Below, piece after piece: positions 8,264 through 20,306 of a stretch of 32,000 nt of DNA. The stretch's first letter is position 1. Each line of letters begins with the position of its first letter. The notes under the pieces were generated by a model that saw nothing but the letters and a program-made list of their open reading frames with translations, ran no database searches and was not told where the DNA came from. Position numbers and translations under genes: made by a program. Source of the stretch: Alphaproteobacteria bacterium (GTDB lineage Bacteria > Pseudomonadota > Alphaproteobacteria > JAJTHO01 > CANGYM01); assembly GCA_947458145.1 (NCBI GenBank), contig CANGYM010000003.1:6415-38414 (forward strand), written 5' to 3'.

Positions 8264-9241
8264 GTGTCTGGCACAGAGTTTCGGGATGATCAGGTTCTCG
8301 TGGTGGGGGCGGGTTTGGCGGGGGCTATGGTGGCCCATGCCCTTTCCCAGCGGGGTGTTTCTGTGGCGGTCTGGGAAAAATCCCCCCACCCCTTCACAGG
8401 GGGGGCGTCCCATCATCATGCCTGCGCCCTCTATCCTTTGATTCATGCGGCCCCTTGCGCTGAGGATGCTTTTTTCTTGCAGGCCTATGAATACGCCCTA
8501 AAAACTTTTTTGGGCCAACCGTTTTTTAATCCTGCCCCCCTGCGCCTACCCACGGGAAAACGACACAGTGCCCTTTGGCGGGATCATTTGGACATCAGGG
8601 GCAGCGGGACCTATCTCCTCAGCGGTGGGTGGGTGGATCCCATAGCGGCCTCTGCCCATTATTTGCAGGACATTCCTGTTTTTTATGGGGTGTCTTTTGA
8701 AGGGTTTCATGATGTTCCCGCATCAAAAGTTGTTTTTTCTGCGGGCTCCGGTATGCGGGATTGTTTTCCCCAGTGGGCGTGGCGTGTCACAGCGGGGCAG
8801 ACCGATTATGGCCATCGAGATGTGGGGGCAGAATCCGATAAAACCATTCTTTGCGAAGATGGTTTTATGATTCCCATGACAAAACATGTTGTGGCATGCG
8901 GGGGAACCTATCGCCCCCATCAGGCAGAAGCCCCTGTTTTGGCCGAAGATACCCAAAAAAACCTGTCAAAGCTGGAAAATATCGTGCCCCATCCAGACCT
9001 GAAACCCACCACGGGGGTGAGAATTCGGGGAAAAACAACCCTGCCCTGCGTTGGGTATGTGGATTTGGGGGGGCGGCTTGTATCCCTTTTGAAACAGGAA
9101 AATGTCCTGCCAAAAGATCATCCCAAACACTGGATTCTTTCTGGATTTGGATCACGGGGCATGGTCACCATTCCTTGGTCGGTGCATTGTCTGGTGTCCG
9201 CGATGCAGGGGGCAAAAAAAGACTTGCAATCGCCGGTGTAG
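8264..9241 (+). CDS. FAD-dependent oxidoreductase resembling the C-terminal domain of MnmC
   Basis: VLVVGAGLAGAMVAHALSQRGVSVAVWEK (Rossmann FAD motif); GASHHHACALYPLI; TTGVRIRGKTTLPCVGYV; SGFGSRGMVTIPWSVHCLVS. These match the MnmC2 pattern. GTG start. Confidence 0.75.
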   Translation: MSGTEFRDDQVLVVGAGLAGAMVAHALSQRGVSVAVWEKSPHPFTGGASHHHACALYPLIHAAPCAEDAFFLQAYEYALKTFLGQPFFNPAPLRLPTGKRHSALWRDHLDIRGSGTYLLSGGWVDPIAASAHYLQDIPVFYGVSFEGFHDVPASKVVFSAGSGMRDCFPQWAWRVTAGQTDYGHRDVGAESDKTILCEDGFMIPMTKHVVACGGTYRPHQAEAPVLAEDTQKNLSKLENIVPHPDLKPTTGVRIRGKTTLPCVGYVDLGGRLVSLLKQENVLPKDHPKHWILSGFGSRGMVTIPWSVHCLVSAMQGAKKDLQSPV

Positions 9242-9287
9242 GCGTTACATAAGAACGACTTTCGTTTATGGATTTTAGTGTTCTGGT

Positions 9288-11363
9288 ATGTCTCGTCAAA
9301 CCCCTTTGGATCATTATCGTAACATCGGCATCATGGCCCACATTGATGCTGGCAAAACCACCACGACTGAGCGCGTTTTGTTTTACACGGGCCGCCAGCA
9401 CAACATTGGTGAGGTCCATGAGGGCAATGCCACCATGGATTGGATGGAACAAGAGCAAGAGCGTGGAATCACCATCACCTCGGCTGCCACAACCTGTTAC
9501 TGGGCCGGTCACCGGATCAATATCATTGACACACCAGGTCACGTGGATTTCACCATTGAGGTTGAGCGGTCCCTGCGTGTTTTGGACGGCGCTGTGGCCG
9601 TTTTTGACAGTGTAGCGGGTGTTGAGCCCCAGTCCGAAACCGTCTGGCGCCAAGCCGATAAATATAATGTCCCCCGTATGTGTTTTGTGAACAAGATGGA
9701 CCGCATCGGGGCGGATTTTTTCCGCTGCGTCGACATGATGGTGGACCGTTTGGGGGCTGTGCCCTTGGTTCTGCAGTTGCCCATCGGTGTGGAGTCTGAC
9801 TTTGTTGGTGTTGTGGATCTGATTAAAAATGTTGAGATTCACTGGTTGGAGGAAAGTTTGGGCGCCAAGTTTGAAGAGCGCCCCATTTCAGCCGCCTATA
9901 AAGACAAGGTCGCTGAATATCGGGAAAAACTGATTGAGCTGGCCGTGGAACAAGACGACGATGCCATGGAAAAATACTTGGCTGGGGAAGAGCCCAGCGC
10001 GGAAGTCCTAAGGGCCTGCATTCGTCGCGGAACCATTAAAAGCGTTTTTGTCCCTGTTTTGTGTGGATCCGCTTTTAAAAACAAGGGTGTTCAGCCGCTT
10101 CTGGATGCTGTGACGTATTATTTGCCTTCGCCTTTGGATATTGGGGACACCCAAGGCCTAAAGCCCGATTCCGATGATGCGGATGTGCGGAAGGCTTCTG
10201 ACGAAGAGCCCTTTTCCGGTTTGGCGTTTAAAATTATGACGGACCCGTTTGTGGGGTCCTTGACGTTTGTTCGGGTTTACTCGGGTAAAATTGAATCGGG
10301 CTCTTACGTTCAAAACACCACCAAAGATAAGCGGGAGCGCATCGGCCGGATGTTGCTGATGCATGCCAATTCCCGTGAGGAAATCAAAGAAGCCTACACC
10401 GGCGACATCGTGGCGTTGGTGGGAATGAAGGATACAACCACAGGGGATACGCTTTCGGATCAAAAATCCCCCATTATTCTGGAGCGCATGGAATTCCCAG
10501 ATCCCGTGATTGAGGTTGCTGTTGAGCCCAAAACCAAAGCCGATCAGGAAAAAATGTCCGTGGCTCTGGGTCGTTTGGCGACGGAGGATCCTTCGTTCCG
10601 TGTGTCTGTGGATCATGAATCCGGCCAGACGGTTATTAAGGGAATGGGCGAGCTGCACCTCGAAATCATCGTGGATCGTATGAAGCGGGAATTCAAGGTC
10701 GAGGCCAACGTGGGTGCCCCGCAGGTGGCCTACCGTGAAACCATTTCCAAAAAAGTCGAAATTGACTACACCCACAAGAAACAATCCGGGGGTGCCGGTC
10801 AGTTTGCCCGCGTGATTATGACCTTCGAGCCCCTGGAGCGCAGTGGTGGCTATGAATTTGTGAATAAAGTCATCGGGGGGTCCATTCCCAAGGAGTATAT
10901 TCCTGGTGTGGAAAAGGGTCTGATGTCTGCCAAAGACACAGGGGCCTTGGCCGGATTTCCTGTGGTGGATTTCAAGGTGACGTTGACAGAGGGCGCGTAT
11001 CACGATGTGGACTCTTCGACTTTGGCCTTTGAAATCGCTGGCCGCGCCGCCTTTCGTGAGGGGATGAGAAAGGCAGGAAGCCAGATCCTAGAGCCCATCA
11101 TGAACGTTGAGGTGGTGACACCAGAAGATTATATGGGTGATATCATTGGGGATTTGAACTCTCGTCGGGGTCAAGTTTCCGGTATGGACCAGCGGGGGAA
11201 CGCCCGCGTGATTAATGCAATGGTCCCCTTGTCAAATATGTTTGGATATGTTAATACCCTTCGCTCAATGAGCCAAGGCCGTGCCCAATTCACCATGGTC
11301 TTTCATCATTACGAGCCCGTCCCCAACGCGATCGCTGAAGAGATCGCAGCAAAACATTCTTAA
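9288..11363 (+). CDS. fusA: Translation elongation factor G
   Basis: [25 protein letters not shown]...; full-length 691 aa; all GTPase G motifs. Confidence 0.99.
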   Translation: MSRQTPLDHYRNIGIMAHIDAGKTTTTERVLFYTGRQHNIGEVHEGNATMDWMEQEQERGITITSAATTCYWAGHRINIIDTPGHVDFTIEVERSLRVLDGAVAVFDSVAGVEPQSETVWRQADKYNVPRMCFVNKMDRIGADFFRCVDMMVDRLGAVPLVLQLPIGVESDFVGVVDLIKNVEIHWLEESLGAKFEERPISAAYKDKVAEYREKLIELAVEQDDDAMEKYLAGEEPSAEVLRACIRRGTIKSVFVPVLCGSAFKNKGVQPLLDAVTYYLPSPLDIGDTQGLKPDSDDADVRKASDEEPFSGLAFKIMTDPFVGSLTFVRVYSGKIESGSYVQNTTKDKRERIGRMLLMHANSREEIKEAYTGDIVALVGMKDTTTGDTLSDQKSPIILERMEFPDPVIEVAVEPKTKADQEKMSVALGRLATEDPSFRVSVDHESGQTVIKGMGELHLEIIVDRMKREFKVEANVGAPQVAYRETISKKVEIDYTHKKQSGGAGQFARVIMTFEPLERSGGYEFVNKVIGGSIPKEYIPGVEKGLMSAKDTGALAGFPVVDFKVTLTEGAYHDVDSSTLAFEIAGRAAFREGMRKAGSQILEPIMNVEVVTPEDYMGDIIGDLNSRRGQVSGMDQRGNARVINAMVPLSNMFGYVNTLRSMSQGRAQFTMVFHHYEPVPNAIAEEIAAKHS

Positions 11364-11394
11364 TGAAAAACTAACGAAAAAGGTAGGAAACACC

Positions 11395-12570
<1,176 letters not shown>

Positions 12571-12588
12571 AGCTCTTTACATACCCCG

Positions 12589-12619
12589 AAAGAGGCTGCA
12601 TAATGCGGCCTCTTTTTTT
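12589..12619 (+). terminator. Rho-independent terminator hairpin between tuf and rpsJ
   Basis: AAAGAGGCTGCA-TAA-TGCGGCCTCTTT followed by TTTT. 12-pair stem (one U-G), 3 nt loop, 18 nt after the tuf stop. Confidence 0.85.
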
Positions 12620-12649
12620 CTGTGAACGTTGTGGATACGAGAATTAACT

Positions 12650-12979
12650 ATGGACGCACAAACCATTCGAGTGCACCTTCGGGCCTTTGATCACCGCATT
12701 TTGGACAAATCTGCTGAGCAGATTGTTGATACGGTGAAGCGCACGGGATCGAAGCTTCACGGCCCTGTTCCTTTGCCAACTCGTATTGAACGCTTCACGG
12801 TGTTGCGTTCGCCGCACGTGAACAAAAAATCCCGTGAACAGTTTGAAATGCGCACGCACAAACGGTTGATTGATATTTTGAGTCCCACCCCCCAGACGGT
12901 GGATGCTCTGATGAAGTTAGAGCTCCCTTCAGGGGTTGATGTCCAAATTAAGCTGACGCCCATGGGCGCGGTGGCTTAA
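12650..12979 (+). CDS. rpsJ: 30S ribosomal protein S10
   Basis: [76 protein letters not shown]. Confidence 0.98.
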   Translation: MDAQTIRVHLRAFDHRILDKSAEQIVDTVKRTGSKLHGPVPLPTRIERFTVLRSPHVNKKSREQFEMRTHKRLIDILSPTPQTVDALMKLELPSGVDVQIKLTPMGAVA

Positions 12980-12991
12980 GGAGAAGGTACC

Positions 12992-13768
12992 ATGACAAAG
13001 CGTACAGGTTTGATTGCTAAAAAACTGGGGATGACCCGTCGGTTCTCTGCCGCTGGTGTCTCCTCGGCTGTGACGGTGCTCAGCTTAGAGGGCTGCCAAG
13101 TGATTGGTCAGCGGACTCAGGATCGTGACGGATATACGGCGGTTGTTTTGGGTGCTGGGGATCGTCGTGCTTCCCGCGTGAACAAAGCGCAGCGTGTTCA
13201 GTACGCCAACGCCAATCTTTCCCCCAAGGCCATTGTTCGCGAATTTCGTGTTGAAGCGCAGGCTTTCCTCGATGTGGGGTCAGTTCTTCAGGCCGATCAC
13301 TTTGTTGTGGGTCAAAAAGTTGATGTGGTTGGAACATCCGTCGGTAAAGGTTTTGCCGGTGCCATGAAGCGTCACAATTTTGGTGGTCTGCGGGCGTCCC
13401 ATGGGGTGTCCATCAGTCACCGTTCCCATGGATCCACGGGTCAGCGTCAGGATCCTGGAAAGGTTTTCAAGGGCAAGAAAATGGCCGGTCACATGGGGGA
13501 TGTGCGCGTCACCCAGCAGAATTTAGAGATTTTGGAAACCGATGTGGCCCGTGGCTTGGTGTTTGTTAAAGGCAGCATCCCCGGCGCAACAAATAGTTTT
13601 GTTTTGATTCAGGATGCGGTGAAGTGCCCGTCTCAGGATCTGCCCTTCCCTGGGTCCGTGGCGTCTACTGCCCCTACTCAGGATGTTCAGGCCGCTTCCT
13701 CTGAATCCGAGAGTGGTGTTTCTGATGCTGCCTCAAGTGACACCCCTGGTGATACGTTAGAAAGTTAA
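12992..13768 (+). CDS. rplC: 50S ribosomal protein L3, with Ser/Glu/Asp-rich C-terminal extension
   Basis: [22 protein letters not shown]...[19 protein letters not shown]...[35 protein letters not shown]. Confidence 0.98.
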   Translation: MTKRTGLIAKKLGMTRRFSAAGVSSAVTVLSLEGCQVIGQRTQDRDGYTAVVLGAGDRRASRVNKAQRVQYANANLSPKAIVREFRVEAQAFLDVGSVLQADHFVVGQKVDVVGTSVGKGFAGAMKRHNFGGLRASHGVSISHRSHGSTGQRQDPGKVFKGKKMAGHMGDVRVTQQNLEILETDVARGLVFVKGSIPGATNSFVLIQDAVKCPSQDLPFPGSVASTAPTQDVQAASSESESGVSDAASSDTPGDTLES

Positions 13769-13778
13769 GAGTCGTTTT

Positions 13779-14405
13779 ATGCACTACGCCTTGCTTACAG
13801 GACCTGATTTTAAATCCACGGATGTGGCGTTGAGAGACGATGTGTTCGCCCTCTCTCCCCTGCGGCCGGATATCATTGCCCGTGTGGTTCAGTGGCAGTT
13901 GGACAAACGCCGTTCGGGATGTCACAAAACCAAAGGCATTTCCGAGATCCAAGGGACCACCAAAAAGCCCTATAAACAAAAAGGCACGGGAAATGCCCGT
14001 CAGGGGTCTTTGCGTTCCCCCCAATACCGTGGTGGTGCCACAATTTTCGGCCCTGTGGTTCGGGATCATGGTTATTCTTTGAACAAAAAGATACGGGTTC
14101 TGGGATTGAAGCACGCGCTTTCCTCCAAGTGTCAGGATCAGTCGCTGGTTCTCATCGATGGATATCCTGCTTTTGAAAAAGCTAAGGATGCGTCGGCGTG
14201 GGCCAAAAAACTTGGGTTGGTTAAGCCATTGTTCGTTGTCAATCAGGCGGACATGGACGCCCCTTTTGTCAGGGCTTTGCGCAACCTGAAAGACGTTCGC
14301 CTGCTGGCGCTGGAGGGGCTGAACGTTTACAGTTTGCTTCAGGCCCGTCATGTTGTTCTCACGGCAGCCGCCAAAGACGCTATTGAGCAGAGGTTTTCGT
14401 TATGA
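13779..14405 (+). CDS. rplD: 50S ribosomal protein L4
   Basis: Position in S10 operon; KGTGNARQGSLRSPQYRGGATIFGPVVRDHGYSLNKK. Confidence 0.97.
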   Translation: MHYALLTGPDFKSTDVALRDDVFALSPLRPDIIARVVQWQLDKRRSGCHKTKGISEIQGTTKKPYKQKGTGNARQGSLRSPQYRGGATIFGPVVRDHGYSLNKKIRVLGLKHALSSKCQDQSLVLIDGYPAFEKAKDASAWAKKLGLVKPLFVVNQADMDAPFVRALRNLKDVRLLALEGLNVYSLLQARHVVLTAAAKDAIEQRFSL

Positions 14406-14725
14406 AGCAAGGTTTATTGTCCACGAAAAAGAGAAAAATCAGCTCTTTTGACATTTTGCGTCGTCCCATTGTGACGGAAAAATCCACGTTGCAAGGAGAA
14501 GTCGGCAACAAGGTGGTTTTTGAGGTTTTGCCTGGCGCCACCAAAAACGACGTTAAGCTGGCCATGAAAGAGGTCTTTTCCGTGACCGTTGAAAAGGTGA
14601 ACATGATTCGCCTGCCCGCCAAAACAAAGCGGTTCAAGGGCGTGGTTGGGCAGCGCAACGCGATAAAAAAGGCCATTATCACCTTAAAAGACGGTGAAAC
14701 CCTTAACTTTTTTGATGGAGTCTAG
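14402..14725 (+). CDS. rplW: 50S ribosomal protein L23
   Basis: FDILRRPIVTEKSTL...KLAMKEVFSVTVEKVNMIRLPAKTKRF; 4 nt overlap with rplD. Confidence 0.97.
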   Translation: MKQGLLSTKKRKISSFDILRRPIVTEKSTLQGEVGNKVVFEVLPGATKNDVKLAMKEVFSVTVEKVNMIRLPAKTKRFKGVVGQRNAIKKAIITLKDGETLNFFDGV

Positions 14726-14728
14726 ATC

Positions 14729-15556
14729 ATGGCCTTAAAAGCCTATAAACCCATTACCCCTGGAACGCGTGGCCTGATTCTTTCCACCTCTTCCGATCTT
14801 TGGAAGGGGCGCCCTGAAAAGAGCTTGGTTTCTGGTATTTCCTCAACAGGGGGTCGTAACAATCTGGGCCGCATGACGAATCGCAACATCGGTTCCCGTC
14901 ACAAGCGTCTGTACCGCCAAGTTGATTTTAAACGCGTTAAGCGGGATATCGTGGGCACGGTGGAGCGATTGGAATACGATCCCAACCGTACCGCCTATAT
15001 CGCCTTGATTGTTTATGAAGATGGGGAAAAGGCTTATATCTTAGCCCCCCAAAAGCTGAAAGCTGGCGATAAAGTTTTGGCTGGTGAAAAGGCCGATATC
15101 CGCGTGGGTAATGCCCTGCCCTTGGCCAACATTCCCTTGGGGACTGTGGTTCACAATGTTGAAATGAAGCCTGGCAAAGGTGGTCAGCTTGCCCGCAGTG
15201 CCGGGGCTTCGGTTCAGTTGGTGGCTCGGGATCAGGGGTATGCTCAGCTGCGTCTCTCTTCGGGTGAGGTTCGCCTTGTTCTTTCGTCGTGTTATGCCAC
15301 GGTTGGGATGGTTTCCAACCCCGACCACCAGAACGAAGTTTTGGGAAAAGCTGGCCGGAATCGCTGGAGAGGTCGTCGCCCCCATGTTCGTGGTGTAGCT
15401 ATGAACCCTGTGGATCACCCGCATGGTGGTGGTGAAGGAAAAACATCCGGTGGTCGTCACCCCGTGACACCGTGGGGAAAATCCACCAAAGGAAAACGGA
15501 CGCGCCGCAACAAGGCCACGTCTAAGTATATTGTTAAACGACGCTATCAGAAATAA
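14729..15556 (+). CDS. rplB: 50S ribosomal protein L2
   Basis: [15 protein letters not shown]...[25 protein letters not shown]. Confidence 0.98.
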   Translation: MALKAYKPITPGTRGLILSTSSDLWKGRPEKSLVSGISSTGGRNNLGRMTNRNIGSRHKRLYRQVDFKRVKRDIVGTVERLEYDPNRTAYIALIVYEDGEKAYILAPQKLKAGDKVLAGEKADIRVGNALPLANIPLGTVVHNVEMKPGKGGQLARSAGASVQLVARDQGYAQLRLSSGEVRLVLSSCYATVGMVSNPDHQNEVLGKAGRNRWRGRRPHVRGVAMNPVDHPHGGGEGKTSGGRHPVTPWGKSTKGKRTRRNKATSKYIVKRRYQK

Positions 15557-15575
15557 GAAATAAAGGACACTGTCT

Positions 15576-15854
15576 ATGCCTCGGTCTGTTTGGAAAGGTC
15601 CCTTTGTTGACGGGTACTTGATTGATAAAGCGGCTAAAGTTTCATCTTCGGGCCGTCGGGATATCATCAAGACTTGGTCGCGCCGCTCAACCATTCTCCC
15701 CAACTTTGTGGGATTAACGTTTGGTGTTTACAATGGTAAAAAGTTTGTGCCTGTGACGGTGAATGAAGATATGATCGGCCACAAGTTGGGCGAATTTGCC
15801 CCCACGCGGACCTTTTTAGGCCACGGCGCGGATAAAAAAGCGAAAAAGAAATAG
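15576..15854 (+). CDS. rpsS: 30S ribosomal protein S19
   Basis: [19 protein letters not shown]...[30 protein letters not shown]. Confidence 0.98.
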   Translation: MPRSVWKGPFVDGYLIDKAAKVSSSGRRDIIKTWSRRSTILPNFVGLTFGVYNGKKFVPVTVNEDMIGHKLGEFAPTRTFLGHGADKKAKKK

Positions 15855-15863
15855 GTTGTTTTT

Positions 15864-16208
15864 ATGAGCCGTCTTGTCCAAGCTATGAACACTGTTGTGC
15901 GCAGCAGTCCACAAAAACTGAATGTTGTTGCGGGCAGTATCCGCCGTAAACATGTTCAGGATGCTATTCATATCCTTAACTTTTCCCAAAAGCGTGTGGC
16001 GGATGTCATTTTAAAGACACTGAACTCTGCCATCGCCAACGCCGAACACAACCATGGTTTGGATGTGGATCGGTTGTATGTCAAAGAGGCTTTTGTGGGA
16101 AAAAGCTTGGTTATGAAACGTTTTCGGGCCCGTGCCCGTGGCCGTGGGGCTCGTATTATGAAGCCTGTCAGTCGTATCACCGTTATTCTGGCAGAAGAGG
16201 AGATTTAG
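15864..16208 (+). CDS. rplV: 50S ribosomal protein L22
   Basis: [16 protein letters not shown]...[46 protein letters not shown]. Confidence 0.97.
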   Translation: MSRLVQAMNTVVRSSPQKLNVVAGSIRRKHVQDAIHILNFSQKRVADVILKTLNSAIANAEHNHGLDVDRLYVKEAFVGKSLVMKRFRARARGRGARIMKPVSRITVILAEEEI

Positions 16209-16211
16209 GTT

Positions 16212-16871
16212 ATGGGTCAGAAAGTTAACCCCATCGGGTTCCGTTTGAAAATCAACAAAGACTGGGATTCCCGCTGGTTTGCCGGCAAGTCTTATCAGGA
16301 AACCTTGCTTCAGGATCTTGAGATCCGCAAGTATTTGGAAAAGCGCCTGAAGTCTGCCTATATCAGCAAGATTGTGATTGAGCGTCCGGCGAATAAGCCC
16401 ATCGTAAATCTTTACTCGGGTCGTCCTGGACTGATCATTGGTAAAAAAGGCACAGACATTGAATTGCTCCGCAAAGATTTAGCCAAGTTTTTGGGTCGTG
16501 ATGTTCAAATCAACATCGTTGAAATCCGCAAGCCTGAAATCGAAGCCAAGCTGGTGGCCCAAAACGTTGCGTCTCAGTTGGAAAAACGGGTGGCGTTTCG
16601 TCGTGCGATGCGTCGCGTGGTCCAGTCTGCCTTGCGTTTCGGCGCCGAGGGCATTCGGATTAACTGCAGTGGTCGTTTGGGGGGCGCGGAAATCGCCCGT
16701 ATGGAATGGTATCGTGAAGGTCGGGTTCCCCTTCACACCCTGCGTGCCGATATCGACTATGGGGAAGCAGAGGCTTTGACAACCTACGGCGTTATTGGTA
16801 TTAAGGTCTGGATTTACAAAGGTGAAATTCTCAAAGATGGCGAGCGCGAAGATCTGCGCACCGCCGCATAG
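16212..16871 (+). CDS. rpsC: 30S ribosomal protein S3
   Basis: [46 protein letters not shown]; KH domain. Confidence 0.98.
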   Translation: MGQKVNPIGFRLKINKDWDSRWFAGKSYQETLLQDLEIRKYLEKRLKSAYISKIVIERPANKPIVNLYSGRPGLIIGKKGTDIELLRKDLAKFLGRDVQINIVEIRKPEIEAKLVAQNVASQLEKRVAFRRAMRRVVQSALRFGAEGIRINCSGRLGGAEIARMEWYREGRVPLHTLRADIDYGEAEALTTYGVIGIKVWIYKGEILKDGEREDLRTAA

Positions 16872-16892
16872 ATAACCACAACGGAGTTAGGC

Positions 16893-17309
16893 ATGTTTAG
16901 CCCTAAAAAAACGAAGTATCGTAAAGCCCATAAGGGACGGATCAAAGGCGAGACCAAAGCCGGTGATCGCCTGAACTTTGGCCAGTTTGGTTTAAAAGCT
17001 TTGGCTGCGGATCGGATCACGGCCCGCCAAATCGAGGCCGCTCGTCGGGCCATCACCCGTCATTTGCGTCGTGCCGGTAAACTTTGGATCCGCGTGTTTC
17101 CAGATTTGCCTGTTTCCCGCAAGCCTGCTGAAGTTCGTATGGGAAGTGGAAAAGGAACCCCAGAGTTCTGGGCTTGTCGTGTTGCCCCTGGGCGCATTCT
17201 TTTTGAAATTGAGGGTGTGTCAGAAGAGCAAGCTCGCGAGGCCTTTGCTTTGGCGCACGCCAAACTGCCCATTCAGTCAAAATTTGTTAAACGCCTGCCG
17301 TGTGAGTAG
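16893..17309 (+). CDS. rplP: 50S ribosomal protein L16
   Basis: [19 protein letters not shown]...[48 protein letters not shown]. Confidence 0.98.
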   Translation: MFSPKKTKYRKAHKGRIKGETKAGDRLNFGQFGLKALAADRITARQIEAARRAITRHLRRAGKLWIRVFPDLPVSRKPAEVRMGSGKGTPEFWACRVAPGRILFEIEGVSEEQAREAFALAHAKLPIQSKFVKRLPCE

Positions 17310-17314
17310 AGATT

Positions 17315-17515
17315 ATGAAATTGTCGGAACGAAAGGCCGCGTTGTTGCGGGGCAAAACCAAAGATGAACTGACCGACATGCTGCGTCACTGTCAGCGTGA
17401 TTTGATGAGCATGCGCTTTAAAAAGAAAAGTGGTGGTGTCGAAAACACCAATCGCTTTCGTTTTGTGCGTCGCCGGATTGCTCAGATTAAGACCCTGTTG
17501 AATAACCCTGCCTAA
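17315..17515 (+). CDS. rpmC: 50S ribosomal protein L29
   Basis: 66 aa, correct operon position; ELTDMLRHCQRDLMSMRFKKKSGGVENTNRFRFVRRRIAQIKTLLN. Confidence 0.96.
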   Translation: MKLSERKAALLRGKTKDELTDMLRHCQRDLMSMRFKKKSGGVENTNRFRFVRRRIAQIKTLLNNPA

Positions 17516-17527
17516 AGGATCGTTGTT

Positions 17528-17788
17528 ATGCCCCGTCGTGTGATGCAAGGTGTTGTTGTGAAGGACGCTAAAGATAAAACCATCAGCGTGTTGGTTGAGC
17601 GTTCCGTCAAACACCCTGTTTATAAAAAGTATGTTAAGCGTTCCAAGAAATTCTTGGCCCATGATGAAACCAACCGTTCCCGTCAGGGCGATGTTGTTTC
17701 CATTGTGGAGTCCCGCCCTCTTTCCAAAAGAAAAACCTGGGTCTTAGTTGAGGATGCAGGTTCAGCCCACCAAGGAGTTTCCTCATGA
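17528..17788 (+). CDS. rpsQ: 30S ribosomal protein S17
   Basis: [47 protein letters not shown]. Confidence 0.97.
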   Translation: MPRRVMQGVVVKDAKDKTISVLVERSVKHPVYKKYVKRSKKFLAHDETNRSRQGDVVSIVESRPLSKRKTWVLVEDAGSAHQGVSS

Positions 17789-18153
17789 TCCAAATGCAAA
17801 CCCGCCTGGATGTTGCGGATAACTCTGGGGCGAAGACTGTCATGTGCGTGAAGGTTTTGGGCGGCTCTAAAAAGAGAACCGCTGAAATCGGCGACGTTAT
17901 TGTGGTGTCCGTTAAAGATGCCATTCCTCGGGGTAAGGTCAAAAAAGGGGACGTTCACCGTGCCTTGGTCGTGCGTACCCGTTTTGGTGTTCGTCGCCCC
18001 GATGATTCCCTGATCCGTTTTGATAACAATGCTGTTGTCATCATCAACAAGCAGGGCGAGCCCGTGGGAACCCGTATTTTTGGCCCCGTAACGCGGGAGC
18101 TGCGTTCAAAAAATTACATGAAAATTATATCTTTGGCCCCGGAGGTCCTATAA
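17785..18153 (+). CDS. rplN: 50S ribosomal protein L14
   Basis: [57 protein letters not shown]. Confidence 0.98.
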   Translation: MIQMQTRLDVADNSGAKTVMCVKVLGGSKKRTAEIGDVIVVSVKDAIPRGKVKKGDVHRALVVRTRFGVRRPDDSLIRFDNNAVVIINKQGEPVGTRIFGPVTRELRSKNYMKIISLAPEVL

Positions 18154-18155
18154 CA

Positions 18156-18476
18156 ATGAAACAGAAAGTCAAAATTAAGCGGGATGATACCGTTGTTGTG
18201 CTTTCCGGAAAGGATAAGGGCAAGCGCGGTAAGGTTTTAAAGGTCCTGCCGTCCGAAAATAAGCTGGTTGTGGATGGCGTCAATGTTGTCACCAAACACA
18301 AAAAGCCCACACAGTTGGATGCCGGTGGTATTCGTCGTTTTGAGAAGGCCATTGACGTTTCCAATGTCGCCATTTTGGATCCTAAGTTGGACGTTCCCAC
18401 CCGCGTGGGCTATAAGGTCATCGATGGCAAGAAGGTCCGTTATGCGAAAAAGTCAGGAGAAGTGATCGATGGTTGA
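18156..18476 (+). CDS. rplX: 50S ribosomal protein L24
   Basis: [45 protein letters not shown]. Confidence 0.97.
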   Translation: MKQKVKIKRDDTVVVLSGKDKGKRGKVLKVLPSENKLVVDGVNVVTKHKKPTQLDAGGIRRFEKAIDVSNVAILDPKLDVPTRVGYKVIDGKKVRYAKKSGEVIDG

Positions 18477-19020
18477 GACTCAGCCCCGTTTGAAACAACA
18501 GTATCTTCAAGACATTCGTCCGGCTCTGATGAAAGAGCTTGGCTTGTCCAACGTGATGCAAGCCCCCCGTTTGGAAAAAATCGTCATCAACGTTGGTTTT
18601 GGCGATGCCGTTCAGGACAGCAAAAAATTGGACAAGGTTGTGGCGGACCTCGCCCTTTTGGCCGGTCAGAAACCCGTCATCACCCGTGCCAAGAAATCCA
18701 TTGCCACGTTTAAAGTCCGTGAGGGCATGGTGATGGGGTGCAAAGTGACCCTGCGCCGTGAACGGATGTATGAATTTATGGATCGCTTGGTGACCATCGC
18801 CATGCCCCGTATCCGAGATTTCCGTGGGATTTCAGGTAAATCTTTTGATGCCCAAGGCAACTATGCCATGGGGATTAAAGAGCACATTATCTTTCCCGAA
18901 ATTGACTATGATAAGATTGACAAAGTTTTTGGAATGGATATAGTCCTCGTTTCAAGCAGTAACCGCGCGGATCACACCAAGGCCTTGCTGAAGGCTTTTG
19001 GTTTTCCGTTTTATAATTAA
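18469..19020 (+). CDS. rplE: 50S ribosomal protein L5
   Basis: [15 protein letters not shown]...[32 protein letters not shown]; 8 nt overlap with rplX. Confidence 0.98.
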   Translation: MVETQPRLKQQYLQDIRPALMKELGLSNVMQAPRLEKIVINVGFGDAVQDSKKLDKVVADLALLAGQKPVITRAKKSIATFKVREGMVMGCKVTLRRERMYEFMDRLVTIAMPRIRDFRGISGKSFDAQGNYAMGIKEHIIFPEIDYDKIDKVFGMDIVLVSSSNRADHTKALLKAFGFPFYN

Positions 19021-19034
19021 AGTGAGACCTGTTC

Positions 19035-19340
19035 ATGGCTAAACTGTGCATGAAAGAACGTGATAAGAGTCGTCGACGCAAGACCGAAAATGCCTTGGTC
19101 CGTCGCACAGCTCTTGTGGCAAAAGTAAAAGACCGCTCTCTTCCCATGGAAGATCGCCTGATGGCCGTGCGTAAGCTGTCCGAAATGCCCAGAAACTCGG
19201 CGAAAGTGCGTATTCGCAATCGCTGCGCTTTAACGGGCCGTTCTCGCGGCGTTTATCGTAAATTCGGTTTGTCTCGTATTAAATTGCGGGAACTGGCTTC
19301 TGCGGGTCAGCTTCCTGGTGTTGTAAAATCAAGTTGGTAA
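19035..19340 (+). CDS. rpsN: 30S ribosomal protein S14 (zinc-independent type)
   Basis: 101 aa; [40 protein letters not shown]; lacks the CXXC...CXXC ribbon. Confidence 0.97.
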   Translation: MAKLCMKERDKSRRRKTENALVRRTALVAKVKDRSLPMEDRLMAVRKLSEMPRNSAKVRIRNRCALTGRSRGVYRKFGLSRIKLRELASAGQLPGVVKSSW

Positions 19341-19346
19341 GCCATT

Positions 19347-19745
19347 ATGACCATGACCGATCCTATTGGGGCTATGTTAACAACCCTTCGCAATGGTGCT
19401 GCGGCGAAAAAGACGCAGGTCGCTGTGCCGGCGTCCCGTTTGAAGCAATCCATTTTGGATGTTTTGAAACGTGAAGGCTACATCCGCGGCTATGAAGTTC
19501 GGGATGTTCGTCCCCGTGTTCAAGAGATCGTTGTGGAGCTGAAGTATTATCAGGGCCAGCCTGTGATCAAAGAGATTTCTCGTGAATCCAAGCCCAGCCG
19601 CCGCGTGTATTGCGGGGCTTCGGGTATGCCCAAGGTCCACAATGGTCTGGGTATTGGTATTGTTTCAACATCTTTGGGCATTTTTTCTGACGCCGAGGCC
19701 CGCAAAGCGGGATTAGGCGGCGAATGGATTTGCACTGTATTTTAA
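19347..19745 (+). CDS. rpsH: 30S ribosomal protein S8
   Basis: MTMTDPIGAMLTTLRNGAAAKKTQVAVPASRLK...GLGIGIVSTSLGIFSDAEARKAGLGGEWICTVF. Confidence 0.98.
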   Translation: MTMTDPIGAMLTTLRNGAAAKKTQVAVPASRLKQSILDVLKREGYIRGYEVRDVRPRVQEIVVELKYYQGQPVIKEISRESKPSRRVYCGASGMPKVHNGLGIGIVSTSLGIFSDAEARKAGLGGEWICTVF

Positions 19746-19763
19746 ATTGTGGAGTTTTGTGCT

Positions 19764-20297
19764 ATGTCCCGCGTAGGAAAGCATCCGGTTATTGTTCCTA
19801 AAGACTGCTCCGTTTCCCTTAATCAGGGCATTTTGTCCGTAAAGGGGAAGCTTGGTGATTTATCCCTATCTGTGCCCCAAGGGGTTGAGGTGGCCATTAA
19901 CGATAATTTGATTACCGTTAAGCCCTCTTCTGCCAGCAAGCAAAGCCGCGCTCTGTGGGGGACCATTCGGGCCCGCATTCAGGGTATGGTTGTGGGTACC
20001 ACCGTTGGCTTTACCAAGACTTTGGAATTGGTAGGTGTTGGGTATCGTGCGGCCCTGAAGGGCAATGCCATTGATCTGCAGCTCGGTTTCAGTCACCCTG
20101 TCTTGTTTGATCTGCCTGCCGGTGTGACGGCCAAGTGCGAGAAGCCAACGAGCATTCAATTGCACAGTTATGATAAGCAAATTGTTGGTCAGGTTGCGGC
20201 CAAAATTCGTTCTCTTCGTTCCCCTGAGCCCTATAAGGGCAAGGGTGTCCGCTATGAAGGTGAGATTGTTTTGCGTAAAGAAGGGAAAAAGAAGTAG
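19764..20297 (+). CDS. rplF: 50S ribosomal protein L6
   Basis: MSRVGKHPVIVPKDCSVSLNQGILSVKGKLG...PYKGKGVRYEGEIVLRKEGKKK; ORF track start 19749 is five codons upstream. Confidence 0.97.
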   Translation: MSRVGKHPVIVPKDCSVSLNQGILSVKGKLGDLSLSVPQGVEVAINDNLITVKPSSASKQSRALWGTIRARIQGMVVGTTVGFTKTLELVGVGYRAALKGNAIDLQLGFSHPVLFDLPAGVTAKCEKPTSIQLHSYDKQIVGQVAAKIRSLRSPEPYKGKGVRYEGEIVLRKEGKKK

Positions 20298-20306
20298 GTT
20301 TGCATC

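Noticed and set aside
10158-11003. 281-aa ORF antisense to fusA
   Set aside because: Shadow ORF of a highly conserved gene; no independent coding evidence.
15041-15703. 220-aa ORF antisense to rplB/rpsS
   Set aside because: Antisense shadow ORF in the ribosomal operon, as are 13674-14351, 19866-20180 and 17273-17662.
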